Below are positions 9,027-19,536 of a DNA stretch of 64,000 nt, in pieces. The stretch's first letter is position 1, and every line of letters begins with the position of its first letter. The notes under the pieces were generated by a model. The model did not search any database. It was not told where the DNA came from and was given only the letters and a program-made list of their open reading frames with translations. The position numbers and the translations under genes are program-made. Origin of the DNA: a bacterium (GTDB lineage: Bacteria > Zhuqueibacterota > QNDG01 > JAGLOF01); the NCBI GenBank assembly GCA_023139105.1, contig JAGLOF010000091.1:10391-74390 (forward strand), given 5' to 3'.

Positions 9027-12022
9027 TTCATAGTCTCCTCATTGGATAAATATTCAATGATTTCAGGCAAGCGTTTAAGTGTCTCCGGAAGCCGGGCAAT
9101 ATCAAATTGTCCGGCTTGTATTGCAAGTGTTTCCGCATAGCATTCCAACGATTGTAATTTGTAAGTTTTTGAAATATTTGATATCTCTCCAGCCAAGTTC
9201 TCGATGGAATCCAGAATAAATGTTTTTTGTATCTCATTCCATATTGGCATTGCCTGTGTTGTTAAATCATTGGCTAATTTATTGCGAATATTCTGAGGAA
9301 GCTCCTTGCCAATCCGGGTATTAACGGATAGTTTTTTTGGATCGATCTCTTTTATATTATTCCGGGTTAAATATGATATATGTTGAGCCAGGACAAGTAT
9401 AAGATCTTGCTTGCTGACAGGTTTTTGCAGAAAAGAGTTAAAACCTGCTTTACTTAAGGTTTCAATTGAATCTTTAATAATCGAAGTTGTCAGAGCAATT
9501 ATTGGAATTGAAGCCAGAGCTGCATCGCTCTTTAAGTGATGCATAACACCATGCCCGTTAAGTTTACTTATTTTAATGTCCATTAAAATACAGTCAGGTA
9601 TAAACTTATTTATACATGATATTGTTTCCTGCTCATTAGAAGATTCAATAATTGTAAATGGGAATTCCTTGAGATATGCAGAGATGAGTTCACGATTTAC
9701 GGCCAGGGAATCATTGACTAATATTGTTGCCTCAGAGAATTGTATATGTGATAGGTCCAATGCATGTTTTGTTATTGGAACGGTATTAATTGAAGAAATT
9801 TTAACATCATCTAATTCGATAGCGAAAGTAGAACCTATATTTGGTTTGGATTGAATTGTAATCTGTCCATTCATGATTTTAACAAGTCGTTTTGTAATGG
9901 CCAGGCCCAAACCTGTTCCACCGTATTGAGTCTCATTTTGACCGGGACTTTGTCGGAATGCATCAAAAATTAATTTTTGATGATCATATTCAATACCTAT
10001 GCCTGTATCGTTAATGCTGATAAGTAATTTTATTGTAGACTGATCTTTTGAAATTTCAAGCTGTCTGGCATTAATCTCTATACCACCTGCCTCTGTAAAT
10101 TTAACAGCATTTCCAACAAGGTTTAATAAGATTTGACGTATTCTAAGCTCATCCAGCATTAATACAGGGGGTAGATCCTTATCAATATTAAATTTAAGAG
10201 ACAATGTTTTTGACTCTGCCTTCCATGAGAAAATCTGTACAATTTCATTAAACATGTTGAGAAGTTTTACAGGTTGAAGCTGTATTTCAATCTTGCCTGC
10301 TTCAATTTTGGATAGATCCAGTATGTCATTGATTAAACTGAGCAATGCCTTTCCACTAGCTTCAATATTTTCAAGATAATGCTTGATACTCGGTTGATCA
10401 ACTTGTGATTGCATGATTTCAGTGAACCCAAGAATGGCATTCATGGGTGTACGTATTTCATGGCTCATACTGGCAAGAAAAATTGATTTTGCTTTATTTG
10501 CGGATTCAGCCTGGTCCTTTGCCGTCTTGAGGGCCATTTCCTGTTTCTTTCTTTTTTCAATATCTCGGAGAATCCCAATGGCATGCCATTCTTCTCCAAG
10601 TTTAACGGCAGATATAGATAGCTCTACCGGGAAACGGCGCCCCTGTTTATTCAATGCATGGAGCTCTATGGTCTTTCCAAGAACCGGTCCTTTACCAGAA
10701 TCTTTGAAAGATCTTAAACCTTTTATAGCCTTGTTCCTTTGATCCATTGGTACAATAATGTTATGAAGAGTTTTACCCAATATTTCATCATTAGTATAAT
10801 CAAATAGGAGCTCTGCGGCCTTGTTCCAGTATGTAATAAGACCTTCTGCATTGATCATAATGATTCCATCATGTGCAGATTGGCTTATAGCCTTAAATTT
10901 ACTTTCACTGTCTGATAATTTCCGCTGTGAACTAATGAGCCTGGCGTTTAGCTTGCCAAATTTAAATGCGACTGTAATGAGTGTAGTAATAAGCAATGCG
11001 ATTGATAAGATCCAGTATTTAAACTGTTGGTATAGACTTGCCAGAGTAATATTGCCATAGTGTTCATACGGTTGCAACTTGAGTTCTTTTAAGCATATAT
11101 GAACCGGTTGGTAGTTAAATGGAACAGTCCAGCCGCCAATTCGGGCTGTATATGCAGCCGGATGAGAAGATGGCATGGCCAGGAGTCTGGAAGCAACGAT
11201 TTTGGCAAGATAATCAGGTACATGCGCCAGTTTGGCAAGTGGCCATTCAGGATAGAGTCTTGTAGAGCTCAAAAAAGGTTGATTAATTGACCAATTATTA
11301 TCTGTTATGAATTTAAAATCATTCATATTAATAAGGCCCTGTAATGCAAGTTCTTCAAATATTTGTGTTCTCACGCAGCCGGCATCGGCATGGCCTGTTT
11401 TTACGGCGTTTATAACTGAGTCTTGAGATCCTGTAAAGACTAACTGACGGAAATTTTCAGGATTTACACCATTGTTTTTTAGTGCCCTGCAAGCCATGAT
11501 CCAGCCACCAAAAGCATTTTTATGGACAGCAAAAAAACTTTTGCCCCGCAAGTCAGTGAATTGATTTATATTATTTTCTGACTTCCGTGTAAAGATGACA
11601 CTGCCAAATTCATTAGCGAGTCCACTGGCAGATTTGGTTTTTAATGATACAATACGGGTTATGCCATACTGCGCTTCCATGCGAACATAATACGCAGGAT
11701 TTGCAAGTATAAAGTCTACTTCTTCGCGGGCAATTGCCATATCTATATTGTCAAATGTCAATGGTATAATTTTGTATTGGTAGCGTTCTGAACGAGCAGA
11801 TAAATAAGTGGCCGTTGCATCCCATTGATGATGACAATGTTCTGAACCGCGACTACAGAGTACACCTATTTTTATTTGATTGATCTGCCCCGGGAGAGGC
11901 ATGTTAACCAGAAGGAAGAGTAATGTACACCATGATATTTTGATCTTACAAAATAATTTGGAATGTTTATTATTTTGTCTAATTATTTTCGGGAGAGGAC
12001 TATTTGTTTTTTGTTGTTTCAT
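9023..12022 (-). CDS. hybrid sensor histidine kinase with periplasmic PhnD-like solute-binding domain, PAS, HisKA/HATPase and receiver-like domain
   Basis: An N-terminal signal/TM then a PhnD-type fold pattern (IKIGVL...DFILANPAYY), a PAS domain (ITYWNKAAELLFDY), the H-box MSHEIRTPMNAILGF, GTGLGLAI, a REC-like segment (ILMDIKISKLNG), and a helical C-terminal tail. Confidence 0.85.
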   Translation of the reverse strand: MKQQKTNSPLPKIIRQNNKHSKLFCKIKISWCTLLFLLVNMPLPGQINQIKIGVLCSRGSEHCHHQWDATATYLSARSERYQYKIIPLTFDNIDMAIAREEVDFILANPAYYVRMEAQYGITRIVSLKTKSASGLANEFGSVIFTRKSENNINQFTDLRGKSFFAVHKNAFGGWIMACRALKNNGVNPENFRQLVFTGSQDSVINAVKTGHADAGCVRTQIFEELALQGLINMNDFKFITDNNWSINQPFLSSTRLYPEWPLAKLAHVPDYLAKIVASRLLAMPSSHPAAYTARIGGWTVPFNYQPVHICLKELKLQPYEHYGNITLASLYQQFKYWILSIALLITTLITVAFKFGKLNARLISSQRKLSDSESKFKAISQSAHDGIIMINAEGLITYWNKAAELLFDYTNDEILGKTLHNIIVPMDQRNKAIKGLRSFKDSGKGPVLGKTIELHALNKQGRRFPVELSISAVKLGEEWHAIGILRDIEKRKKQEMALKTAKDQAESANKAKSIFLASMSHEIRTPMNAILGFTEIMQSQVDQPSIKHYLENIEASGKALLSLINDILDLSKIEAGKIEIQLQPVKLLNMFNEIVQIFSWKAESKTLSLKFNIDKDLPPVLMLDELRIRQILLNLVGNAVKFTEAGGIEINARQLEISKDQSTIKLLISINDTGIGIEYDHQKLIFDAFRQSPGQNETQYGGTGLGLAITKRLVKIMNGQITIQSKPNIGSTFAIELDDVKISSINTVPITKHALDLSHIQFSEATILVNDSLAVNRELISAYLKEFPFTIIESSNEQETISCINKFIPDCILMDIKISKLNGHGVMHHLKSDAALASIPIIALTTSIIKDSIETLSKAGFNSFLQKPVSKQDLILVLAQHISYLTRNNIKEIDPKKLSVNTRIGKELPQNIRNKLANDLTTQAMPIWNEIQKTFILDSIENLAGEISNISKTYKLQSLECYAETLAIQAGQFDIARLPETLKRLPEIIEYLSNEETMK

Positions 12023-12023
12023 G

Positions 12024-15000
12024 CTAATTTTTATCTTCTATTGCCAGGGCCAGTGTTTTTACTTTGTCAACCAGTGCAGGATACTCTTTTATTGTATCCG
12101 GTAATTGTTCCATGTCAAAGTTGATGGCAAGATTATGAAGTTTTGAACTCCATTCTGCCATAGGTTGAATATTAAATTTTGTACTCAATGTATTTATCTC
12201 ATCTGCAAATTCAACGATTTCATGTATAATCATTGATTTGCTTAATGTTTTCCAGTATTTATAGTATCTGCCTTCCAGATTCTTGATAAATGTATCAATT
12301 TCCAACTTACTGAGCTCAGATAGGTTCCACTGGTACTCATCAATAAATGAATTGATTTCAGGTATGTCTCTCCGTTCAGTCACAGTAGATTGCCTGGATT
12401 CTCTGAGGTCAAGTATTGTTACATCCGATAAAGTTATTGTATAGGTAGAACCCTTTCCCGGCTCTGACCGGAGAAGAATTGTGCCATTCATCATTTCTAC
12501 TAATTGTTTGACTATTGAAAGACCTAGTCCTGTTCCACCGTATTTGGCTTGGTCCTGACCTTCAACCTGCATAAATGATTCGAAAATTCTATTTTGCTGA
12601 CTTGAGGGTATACCTTTGCCTGTATCTTGAATTTCTATTTTGATGTCAACAATGCTGTCTCGCAGATCTACTATTCCAACGCGAATTTCAATAGTACCAG
12701 CTTGAGTAAATTTAACTGCATTGTCTATCAGATTAAGAAAGATCTGTTTCAATCGATCAATGTCAAGCAATAGAGCTGACGGAACATTCTTCTGTACATC
12801 AAGAGTGAAACGGATAGATTTTTCTTTCATCTGGAAGGAAAACAGATTTGCAATGTCATTGATGAGTGATTTAATATTGCAGTACCCGGGCTGCAGCTCT
12901 AATCTACCGGATTCAATACGAGAAAGGTCTAAAATTTCATTGATTAGTTGCAATAGTGTTTTACCGGCAGATTGGATATTTGTAGTAAAAGCTTTAATTG
13001 AACTGTCTGTTGTTTGGTTCTCAATGATCTCTGCAAAGCCTAAGATAGCGTTCATTGGTGTACGTATTTCATGACTCATATTGGCCAGGAAAAGACCTTT
13101 TGCCTTGTTCGCATCTTCTGCCAGTTCTTTTGCTTTTTTCAACTCTGCCTGAGCATGAACCTGTTCAGTGATATCACGTTTTACAGCTGCATAATAGATA
13201 ATATTGTCTTCGTTATCTTTTATGGGGAAGATAACAGCATGCTCATGATATTCGGTGCCGTCTTTTCGCAAGTTGATAAATGTATTACTCCATGTCATAC
13301 CATTTGCTATTGTATCCCATAATGACTTATAGAATGCCGCATCTTGTTTATCTGATTTTAATAAGCGAGGATTTTTTCCAAGCAGCTCTGAATGACTATA
13401 TCCGGAAATTTTTGATGTGTGTGGATTTATATAGATAATATTACCATCTAAATCTGTAATTACAATGGAGACTGTTGCCTGATTTACCACGGCAGCTAAT
13501 TGAGCCAATATGTCGCGTGTTGCTTTCTCTTGTGAAATATCTCTTGAAACCCCCAGAAGCATCTCCAACTTATTGTCTTCATTGAATATCGGCGTAATAT
13601 CAGCTTCTGTCCATACAGAGCTGCCGTCTTTTTTAGGCTGCTCCAGTTCAAGTCTAATATGATCATCAGGGATATGATTGTTCTTAACAGCAGTTTGCAA
13701 TGTTGAGATACTGTCAGCTACAATAACTGCAGATTGATGCGTTAATACTTCAGTTAATGTCTGATTTATAACCTCATCAGGTGTATAGCCTCGTAATCTC
13801 ATGACTGACGGGCTGATGTAAGTAAACTTACCTTGAGGTGTCATGGTCCATATGACATCATTTATATTTTCAGCCAGGAGCCGGTACCTGGCCTCACTAT
13901 CTTGTAAAGCCTTTTGATTTATAAACCTTGATGTAACATCATGTATTATTGAATAGATTAATGTACGGCCTTCGATGTGAACAGGTCCGCAAAAGATATC
14001 GACAAATCTTTTTTCGCCATTTTTTAATACATGTTGAGATTGGAAATATTTTTTTGACTTATATAACACCTGTTCCATTTTGCTAAATGTTTTTAGATCT
14101 GATGATGTACTAATATCAGAGAGTTTCATGGTTTTAAGTTCATGAATTTTATAGCCGTAAAAATTACTGGCAGCTGGGTTGGCATCAATAATTGAACTGT
14201 TATCAGGATTGATAATTAGCATTGGTGTATGGTCATTCTCAAAGATGCTCCTGTATCGCCATTCACTATCCCTGAGTGCATTGCGTGCATTATCGAGTTG
14301 TGTTATGTCATGTGCCACCATGATTATACTGCTGATTATATCATTTGTATTACGCATAGGCATGATTTCAAGACGATATTGGAAGTATCGACCTTCAAAT
14401 AATACTTCAACGTTCTCAGTTTTGAGTTTTAACTTGGGGCTATCCAGCACACCTTGTACTGTGTCTTGAATGGCCTCAGGTAGAATGATGTCTATATGGT
14501 TCTTGCTTTTCCAGAGTTGGTTGGCAATATGGTTTGCAAAATGGAGTACACCTTTGTCATCAAATAAAAGTATGGGTGTAGGTAGCGAGTGAAGTATGGT
14601 CTGAAATTTATTTTTTTCAGTTGTTAGCACTTTATTTATGAGTTCAAGTTCAGACATTCTCTGTGTATTATTTAATTCGATACGATTTTTGATTAATTCT
14701 ATTTCGAAGTGGTCAAATAAACGGTTGATTCTTAGTCTGGCAATTTCAGGTTTCTGAAGGTCTGAATATTTTTCAGTGATCAAATCCTGATAGGTCTGAC
14801 GATAATATTTGAACAATCCCAGGAATTGAGTGAGGTTAATACCTTGATTATGATGATGTTCAGCTATCTCCAGGACGATTCTTGTAAATGTATCGTCTTG
14901 AAAGTTTTCATCAGGTCTGATTTCAAGTTCACAAAGTTTGCTTTTTTCCAGCTTGATGATTACAGAGGATATGTTTCGTATTACAGCCTTCCAGATATCA

Positions 15001-15116
15001 TGTTGTGGTGGAATTGCCACTATATAGCCCTGCCTGTGAGCATAAAACAGTATTCTGGCTATTAGCCACTCTTCATGTGCGAGAAGTAGTTTGCCCGGTT
15101 GATCCACGTAAGGCAC
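12024..15116 (-). CDS. multi-PAS sensor histidine kinase
   Basis: Several PAS/PAC blocks, the H-box MSHEIRTPMNAILGF, and an HATPase_c domain (GTGLGLSIV). The C-terminal helical tail is homologous to that of the 9023..12022 product. GTG start. Confidence 0.85.
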   Translation of the reverse strand: MPYVDQPGKLLLAHEEWLIARILFYAHRQGYIVAIPPQHDIWKAVIRNISSVIIKLEKSKLCELEIRPDENFQDDTFTRIVLEIAEHHHNQGINLTQFLGLFKYYRQTYQDLITEKYSDLQKPEIARLRINRLFDHFEIELIKNRIELNNTQRMSELELINKVLTTEKNKFQTILHSLPTPILLFDDKGVLHFANHIANQLWKSKNHIDIILPEAIQDTVQGVLDSPKLKLKTENVEVLFEGRYFQYRLEIMPMRNTNDIISSIIMVAHDITQLDNARNALRDSEWRYRSIFENDHTPMLIINPDNSSIIDANPAASNFYGYKIHELKTMKLSDISTSSDLKTFSKMEQVLYKSKKYFQSQHVLKNGEKRFVDIFCGPVHIEGRTLIYSIIHDVTSRFINQKALQDSEARYRLLAENINDVIWTMTPQGKFTYISPSVMRLRGYTPDEVINQTLTEVLTHQSAVIVADSISTLQTAVKNNHIPDDHIRLELEQPKKDGSSVWTEADITPIFNEDNKLEMLLGVSRDISQEKATRDILAQLAAVVNQATVSIVITDLDGNIIYINPHTSKISGYSHSELLGKNPRLLKSDKQDAAFYKSLWDTIANGMTWSNTFINLRKDGTEYHEHAVIFPIKDNEDNIIYYAAVKRDITEQVHAQAELKKAKELAEDANKAKGLFLANMSHEIRTPMNAILGFAEIIENQTTDSSIKAFTTNIQSAGKTLLQLINEILDLSRIESGRLELQPGYCNIKSLINDIANLFSFQMKEKSIRFTLDVQKNVPSALLLDIDRLKQIFLNLIDNAVKFTQAGTIEIRVGIVDLRDSIVDIKIEIQDTGKGIPSSQQNRIFESFMQVEGQDQAKYGGTGLGLSIVKQLVEMMNGTILLRSEPGKGSTYTITLSDVTILDLRESRQSTVTERRDIPEINSFIDEYQWNLSELSKLEIDTFIKNLEGRYYKYWKTLSKSMIIHEIVEFADEINTLSTKFNIQPMAEWSSKLHNLAINFDMEQLPDTIKEYPALVDKVKTLALAIEDKN

Positions 15117-15240
15117 CTATAATTGAATGGAATTCAGGAGTATAATGGGGAGATTAATGTCTAAACGGTAGATTTTATTACAATAAGCGTACCAGAAGGT
15201 TTAAATATAGGCCAGCCAAGTATGAAGTTTTTTTCGTTAT

Positions 15241-16194
15241 TTATGCATGCATTTTAATTAATAATTCCAAAGGATCAGGGTATAGATAGTGTTGATCCAA
15301 TAAAAAAACGTCATTATACCTTTGAGCATATTTGTTTAAATGTTTTATCGGGATAATCAGGGGGATTTCGTATTGTGTATATGAATTAATGATGTCAGTA
15401 AGTTCCTGTTTTTCAGCATGTTGAAGCTTTGATCTATATGATTGTTGTATATGGTTGAGTACATAGACGTTTTTTTTAACAGTCGAAGGTAATTGCAGGG
15501 TCTTCATCATGATATTAATATATTTTAGTGTGGTGTAATTAAAATTTGTGGAATGAGAATTGACTAAAAGTGAATCAAGTTCATCTGTTTTCTCAAGATC
15601 ATGGCTCATGATGAGTAATCTATGCTGCATGTTAAACCGGATCAAGCCTTGCATATTGCAATTATTATCTTTAAAATCCAGCCATCTTTTATACACAAAA
15701 ACTCTCTCAATGAAGTTGATACGTGATTTCGTATCTTCAAAGCCAAGTTCATCTGTTATTGGCATAAATGGATTTGCTTTTATTAGAGCTTTTGCAAAGA
15801 GACCGGTGCCAATATGACCAAGGCTCTTACCTTGTGCATTGTGGATCTCAATATTTGATACTCCACAGCTTGGAGATTTGGATTTTAATATGAATCCGCA
15901 GAGATGCCGACCAGGCATTGTGTCTAAATAACAGGAAATCCAGTCATTCATTTGAGAAGAATAATTTATTTCTGTGTCAATTGTAATTAATTTGGGATTT
16001 TCAATGGGGGTAAATAGCAGCATTGGAGTACGCGGAGTAGGAAGACCACACTCTACTTCAGGACATACAGGGACATAGTCAATAAATTTTCCCAGTACAT
16101 CCATGAGGTACGTATGGTATTTATGTCCGCCCTTGTAACGTGTTCTTGCACCTGTTAAACATTTTGAGATACCCAGTGAAATCGATTGATTCAT
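15241..16194 (-). CDS. DUF523 + DUF1722 domain protein
   Basis: GISKCLTG..RYKGGH and PVCPEVECGLPTPR motifs (DUF523) followed by a helical DUF1722-like C-terminal half. ATG 16194 is preferred because it avoids overlap with the upstream L,D-transpeptidase. Confidence 0.7.
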   Translation of the reverse strand: MNQSISLGISKCLTGARTRYKGGHKYHTYLMDVLGKFIDYVPVCPEVECGLPTPRTPMLLFTPIENPKLITIDTEINYSSQMNDWISCYLDTMPGRHLCGFILKSKSPSCGVSNIEIHNAQGKSLGHIGTGLFAKALIKANPFMPITDELGFEDTKSRINFIERVFVYKRWLDFKDNNCNMQGLIRFNMQHRLLIMSHDLEKTDELDSLLVNSHSTNFNYTTLKYINIMMKTLQLPSTVKKNVYVLNHIQQSYRSKLQHAEKQELTDIINSYTQYEIPLIIPIKHLNKYAQRYNDVFLLDQHYLYPDPLELLIKMHA

Positions 16195-16216
16195 TGCAGT
16201 TCCAATTGATGTCTTT

Positions 16217-16822
16217 TTATTTAATGATAATGACAAGTGTATTCTCATGAACTTCAGGATACATTTGTATGACATCAAAATTTTTCATTCTGATGCAACC
16301 GTGCGAGGCAGGTCTCCCGATAAGGCCTTCTTCATTGGTTCCGTGAATATAGATATATCGTTGATATGAATCTACGTCACTGCCTATGTTTAAGCCGGCT
16401 TCCAGGCCTTTAAGCCATAGGATTCTGCTGGTTATAAGATCATCTTTAACATCAGTGGAGTCAGTATAGATACGGGCAATCTCTCCAGTGTTTCTTCGTG
16501 ATTTGAAAATTGTTCCGGACAGGGCATTGGCACCGTATTTGGCCGCAATACCATGAACTCCCAAAGGTGTTCTGTTGCTGCCTGCTGCTGATCCGGTACC
16601 GATGTATGATGTAGATATGGCGTATGTCTGAATGATGGTCTCATTCTGTATCAAATATAGTCTCTGATCGGTGATTGAGACCACAATACAAGATTGATCA
16701 TCCTGATATTCAAACTGCGAATATAGTTTCTGCACGGCTTGCTCTATGGCAGGTGGCAGAGATAGAGATTGTGCACATGCAAGAGTAAGTGTGCTCAATG
16801 ATAAGGCAATTATTTTTATCAT
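16217..16822 (-). CDS. L,D-transpeptidase (YkuD family), secreted
   Basis: Signal peptide MIKIIALSLSTLTLACA. Catalytic motif IHGTNEEGLIGRPASHGCIRM. Confidence 0.85.
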   Translation of the reverse strand: MIKIIALSLSTLTLACAQSLSLPPAIEQAVQKLYSQFEYQDDQSCIVVSITDQRLYLIQNETIIQTYAISTSYIGTGSAAGSNRTPLGVHGIAAKYGANALSGTIFKSRRNTGEIARIYTDSTDVKDDLITSRILWLKGLEAGLNIGSDVDSYQRYIYIHGTNEEGLIGRPASHGCIRMKNFDVIQMYPEVHENTLVIIIK

Positions 16823-16845
16823 GAAATATTCTATCCTAGAAGCAT

Positions 16846-17020
16846 TGGAACACGGATGACACGGAAATAACGGATAAACATGGATAGAGACAGAAAAAGG
16901 ATATAAAGATCAGATCCATTGTCCATTAATATATACGAAATCATCGGGCCTGTTCTGAAAGAACACAATCAATATTTTTTATCCGATCCGACCCGTTTAA
17001 TCCATGTCATCCGTGTTCCA
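16846..17020. repeat. REP/MITE-like inverted-repeat element (CACGGA-type arms)
   Basis: A perfect 15-bp inverted repeat, TGGAACACGGATGAC (16846-16860) / GTCATCCGTGTTCCA (17006-17020). Imperfect pairing extends to about 30 bp. The arms are made of tandem CACGGA/CGGAT motifs. Intergenic. Confidence 0.6.
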
Positions 17021-17041
17021 TTATAATTGTTTTTTAGAATC

Positions 17042-18310
17042 TTAAAGCAAAACACCGGCTATACATGCTGTCATCCATGAGGCCAGGGCACCGCCAAACA
17101 TGGCCTTTAAACCCAGTTTAGCCAATTCATGGCGCCGCTCAGGAACTATTGATCCAATGCCACCAATTTGAATTGCAATAGAACTGAAATTGGCAAAGCC
17201 ACAGAGTGCATATGTAGCAATCACATATGAACGGGGTGTTATTGTGTCTTTTAAAGCTGCCAGATCGATATATGCAACAAATTCATTTAATGAGAGTTTA
17301 GTGCCAAGCAGATGGCCGATTTCAAATAAATCTTTAAAATCAACGCCCATTACGAAAGCCAGAGGACTAAAGGCGTAACCTAATATGTCTTTGAGGCTTA
17401 GATGAACAAGGCCGAGAATGGCATTAATCATGGCTATGAGTGCAATGAAGGCAAGAAGCATGGCACCTACATTGGCAGCAAGTTTTAATCCTGCAGCAGC
17501 ACCTGAAGCGGCTGCATCAATTACATTGGATGATTCTTTTTTAAGATTAACCTCTACTTTGCCAGCTGTTGCTGCTACCTGGGTTTCAGGATACATGATT
17601 TTTGCTATTACAAGAGCGGCAGGTGCAGACATGACACTGGCAGCCAGGAGATGTCCCGGATCAATTCCAAACCTTACATATGCAGCCATGACACCGCCGG
17701 CAACTGTAGCAAATCCCCCGGTCATTATAGCCATAAGCTCTGATCTTGTCATTTTAGGCAGGAAGGGTGCAACTACAAAGGGCGCTTCTGTCTGGCCGAC
17801 AAAGATATTGGAGGCTGCGGAAAGAGCTTCTGCACCGCTTACTCCCATGAAGCGTGTCATTACCCATGCTAATCCTTTTACTAATTTTTGCATGACACCC
17901 AGATGATATAGTACGCCCATCAGTGAGGCAAAGAAAATAATTGTAGGCAACACATGAAAAGCAAAAATGGGTCCAATTTCTGTAAGAGCTCCCGTAGAAC
18001 TGTCGGTAAGCAGGAAAGGGCCACCCTTACCCATAGTTTCGGCAATACCGTCAACACCCAGATAGAGCTTTCCAAAGAGAAATTCTGCACCATGGTCAGT
18101 AAATGATAATAGTTTTGTAACCGCTATCCTGGCACCTGCAAAAATATTTTTACCAATACTGGATTTGAGAATAATCAGTGCAAATAGGAATTGCAGGCTG
18201 ATTCCAAAACCGATTGTTCGTTTATTTATTTTTTTCCGGTTATTGGATAATAAAAAAGCTAAACCCATGAGGGCAAATACGCCAAAGAAGCTGATCAGTC
18301 TCAATAACAT
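17042..18310 (-). CDS. nupC: NupC/NupG-family (CNT) nucleoside transporter
   Basis: A multi-TM protein with a typical NupC N-terminus (LSNNRKKINKR) and C-terminal nucleoside-transporter blocks (GFANFSSIAIQIGG). ATG 18310 is preferred (10 nt after the tdk stop). Confidence 0.85.
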   Translation of the reverse strand: MLLRLISFFGVFALMGLAFLLSNNRKKINKRTIGFGISLQFLFALIILKSSIGKNIFAGARIAVTKLLSFTDHGAEFLFGKLYLGVDGIAETMGKGGPFLLTDSSTGALTEIGPIFAFHVLPTIIFFASLMGVLYHLGVMQKLVKGLAWVMTRFMGVSGAEALSAASNIFVGQTEAPFVVAPFLPKMTRSELMAIMTGGFATVAGGVMAAYVRFGIDPGHLLAASVMSAPAALVIAKIMYPETQVAATAGKVEVNLKKESSNVIDAAASGAAAGLKLAANVGAMLLAFIALIAMINAILGLVHLSLKDILGYAFSPLAFVMGVDFKDLFEIGHLLGTKLSLNEFVAYIDLAALKDTITPRSYVIATYALCGFANFSSIAIQIGGIGSIVPERRHELAKLGLKAMFGGALASWMTACIAGVLL

Positions 18311-18320
18311 AGTGATACTC

Positions 18321-18890
18321 CTATTGTTCCTGGGGTATGGTATGATGTTTCCGGCAGCGGGCTTCATATACACCCTGGCCGCCAATAAGTACTCGTTCCG
18401 ATGAATGTGTCAACCTTTGCGTTCTACTTGCGGGTCGGCCGCATTGAACACAGATGGCAAGTGTTTTTGTAATATATTCCGCCTTTGCAAGAATTTGCGG
18501 TATGGGTTCAAAAGGATCATTTTTAAAATCCATGTCCAACCCTGCAATAATAACACGCTTGCCGTCATCTGCCAGTTTTTCAATTACAGGAAGCAATGGC
18601 ATGCCAAAAAATTGGGCCTCATCAATTCCAATAACAACGGCATCTTTCGCTAAATCAAGAATATCGTTGGGATCTGTAAGTGCCACAGATTTTAGTCTTT
18701 GTTCTGAATGAGAGACAATAAAGCTCTCCTCATATCTGTCGTCAATGGCTGGTTTGATAATCAATACTTCCTGGTGGGCAATTAGTGCACGTCTTAGCCG
18801 TCTGATTAGTTCTTCTGATTTTCCGCTGTACATACAGCCGCAAATTGCTTCTATCCATCCGCCTTCTGACGGATGCATGGATTCCATCAA
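18321..18890 (-). CDS. tdk: thymidine kinase
   Basis: P-loop GCMYSGKSEELIRR, the DEAQFF motif, and a C-terminal zinc ribbon (CxxC...C..H pattern). Confidence 0.9.
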   Translation of the reverse strand: MMESMHPSEGGWIEAICGCMYSGKSEELIRRLRRALIAHQEVLIIKPAIDDRYEESFIVSHSEQRLKSVALTDPNDILDLAKDAVVIGIDEAQFFGMPLLPVIEKLADDGKRVIIAGLDMDFKNDPFEPIPQILAKAEYITKTLAICVQCGRPASRTQRLTHSSERVLIGGQGVYEARCRKHHTIPQEQ

Positions 18891-18912
18891 TGTCTTGCCT
18901 CTTTAGTTAGAA

Positions 18913-19536
18913 TTAAAGGAGTGAATGTATTTTTGTCCGGAGTAAATCAACAGCCACATGATTATAGCCGCCTTCCGGAATTATTATATCAGCAAATCTT
19001 TTACTTGGCTCAACAAATTCCATATGCATTGGACGTACAGTCTCCTGATATTGATGAATTACAGATTCCAAAGTACGTCCCCGGCTGTTCAGGTCTCGTT
19101 TGAGCCTTCTAATGAAGCGTATATCCGCATCTGTATCTACAAAAACTTTTATATCCATCAACGCGCGCAGCTCAGGGTAGTAGAGTATTAATATGCCTTC
19201 CAGTACATAGATGGAGTGGGGTTCTACTTTTATGGTTTCAGGTTGTCTCAGGTGATCTTTAAAGTTATATATGGGCCTGTCAATTGATTGGCCATTTAGC
19301 AGGGCCTTCATGTGTTTTAGAAGAAGTGGTGTGTCAATGGCATTGGGATGATCAAAATTTTGTGCGGCACGTTCTTCAAATTCAAGCGGTCGTAGATCAC
19401 GGTAGTAGGAGTCCTGATCAATAATGGTAACCTGGTTAGGCCCCATATCTTCCAGAAGGCGCCTGGCGACCTTGGTCTTGCCGGAACCTGTACCGCCGGC
19501 AATGCCAATGAGAATACCCGATTGCTTTACGTTCAT
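18913..19536 (-). CDS. udk: uridine kinase
   Basis: IGIAGGTGSGKT P-loop, NFDHPNA, and YVLEGIL motifs. ATG 19536 (MNVKQSG) is preferred over the longer ORF. Confidence 0.9.
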   Translation of the reverse strand: MNVKQSGILIGIAGGTGSGKTKVARRLLEDMGPNQVTIIDQDSYYRDLRPLEFEERAAQNFDHPNAIDTPLLLKHMKALLNGQSIDRPIYNFKDHLRQPETIKVEPHSIYVLEGILILYYPELRALMDIKVFVDTDADIRFIRRLKRDLNSRGRTLESVIHQYQETVRPMHMEFVEPSKRFADIIIPEGGYNHVAVDLLRTKIHSLL

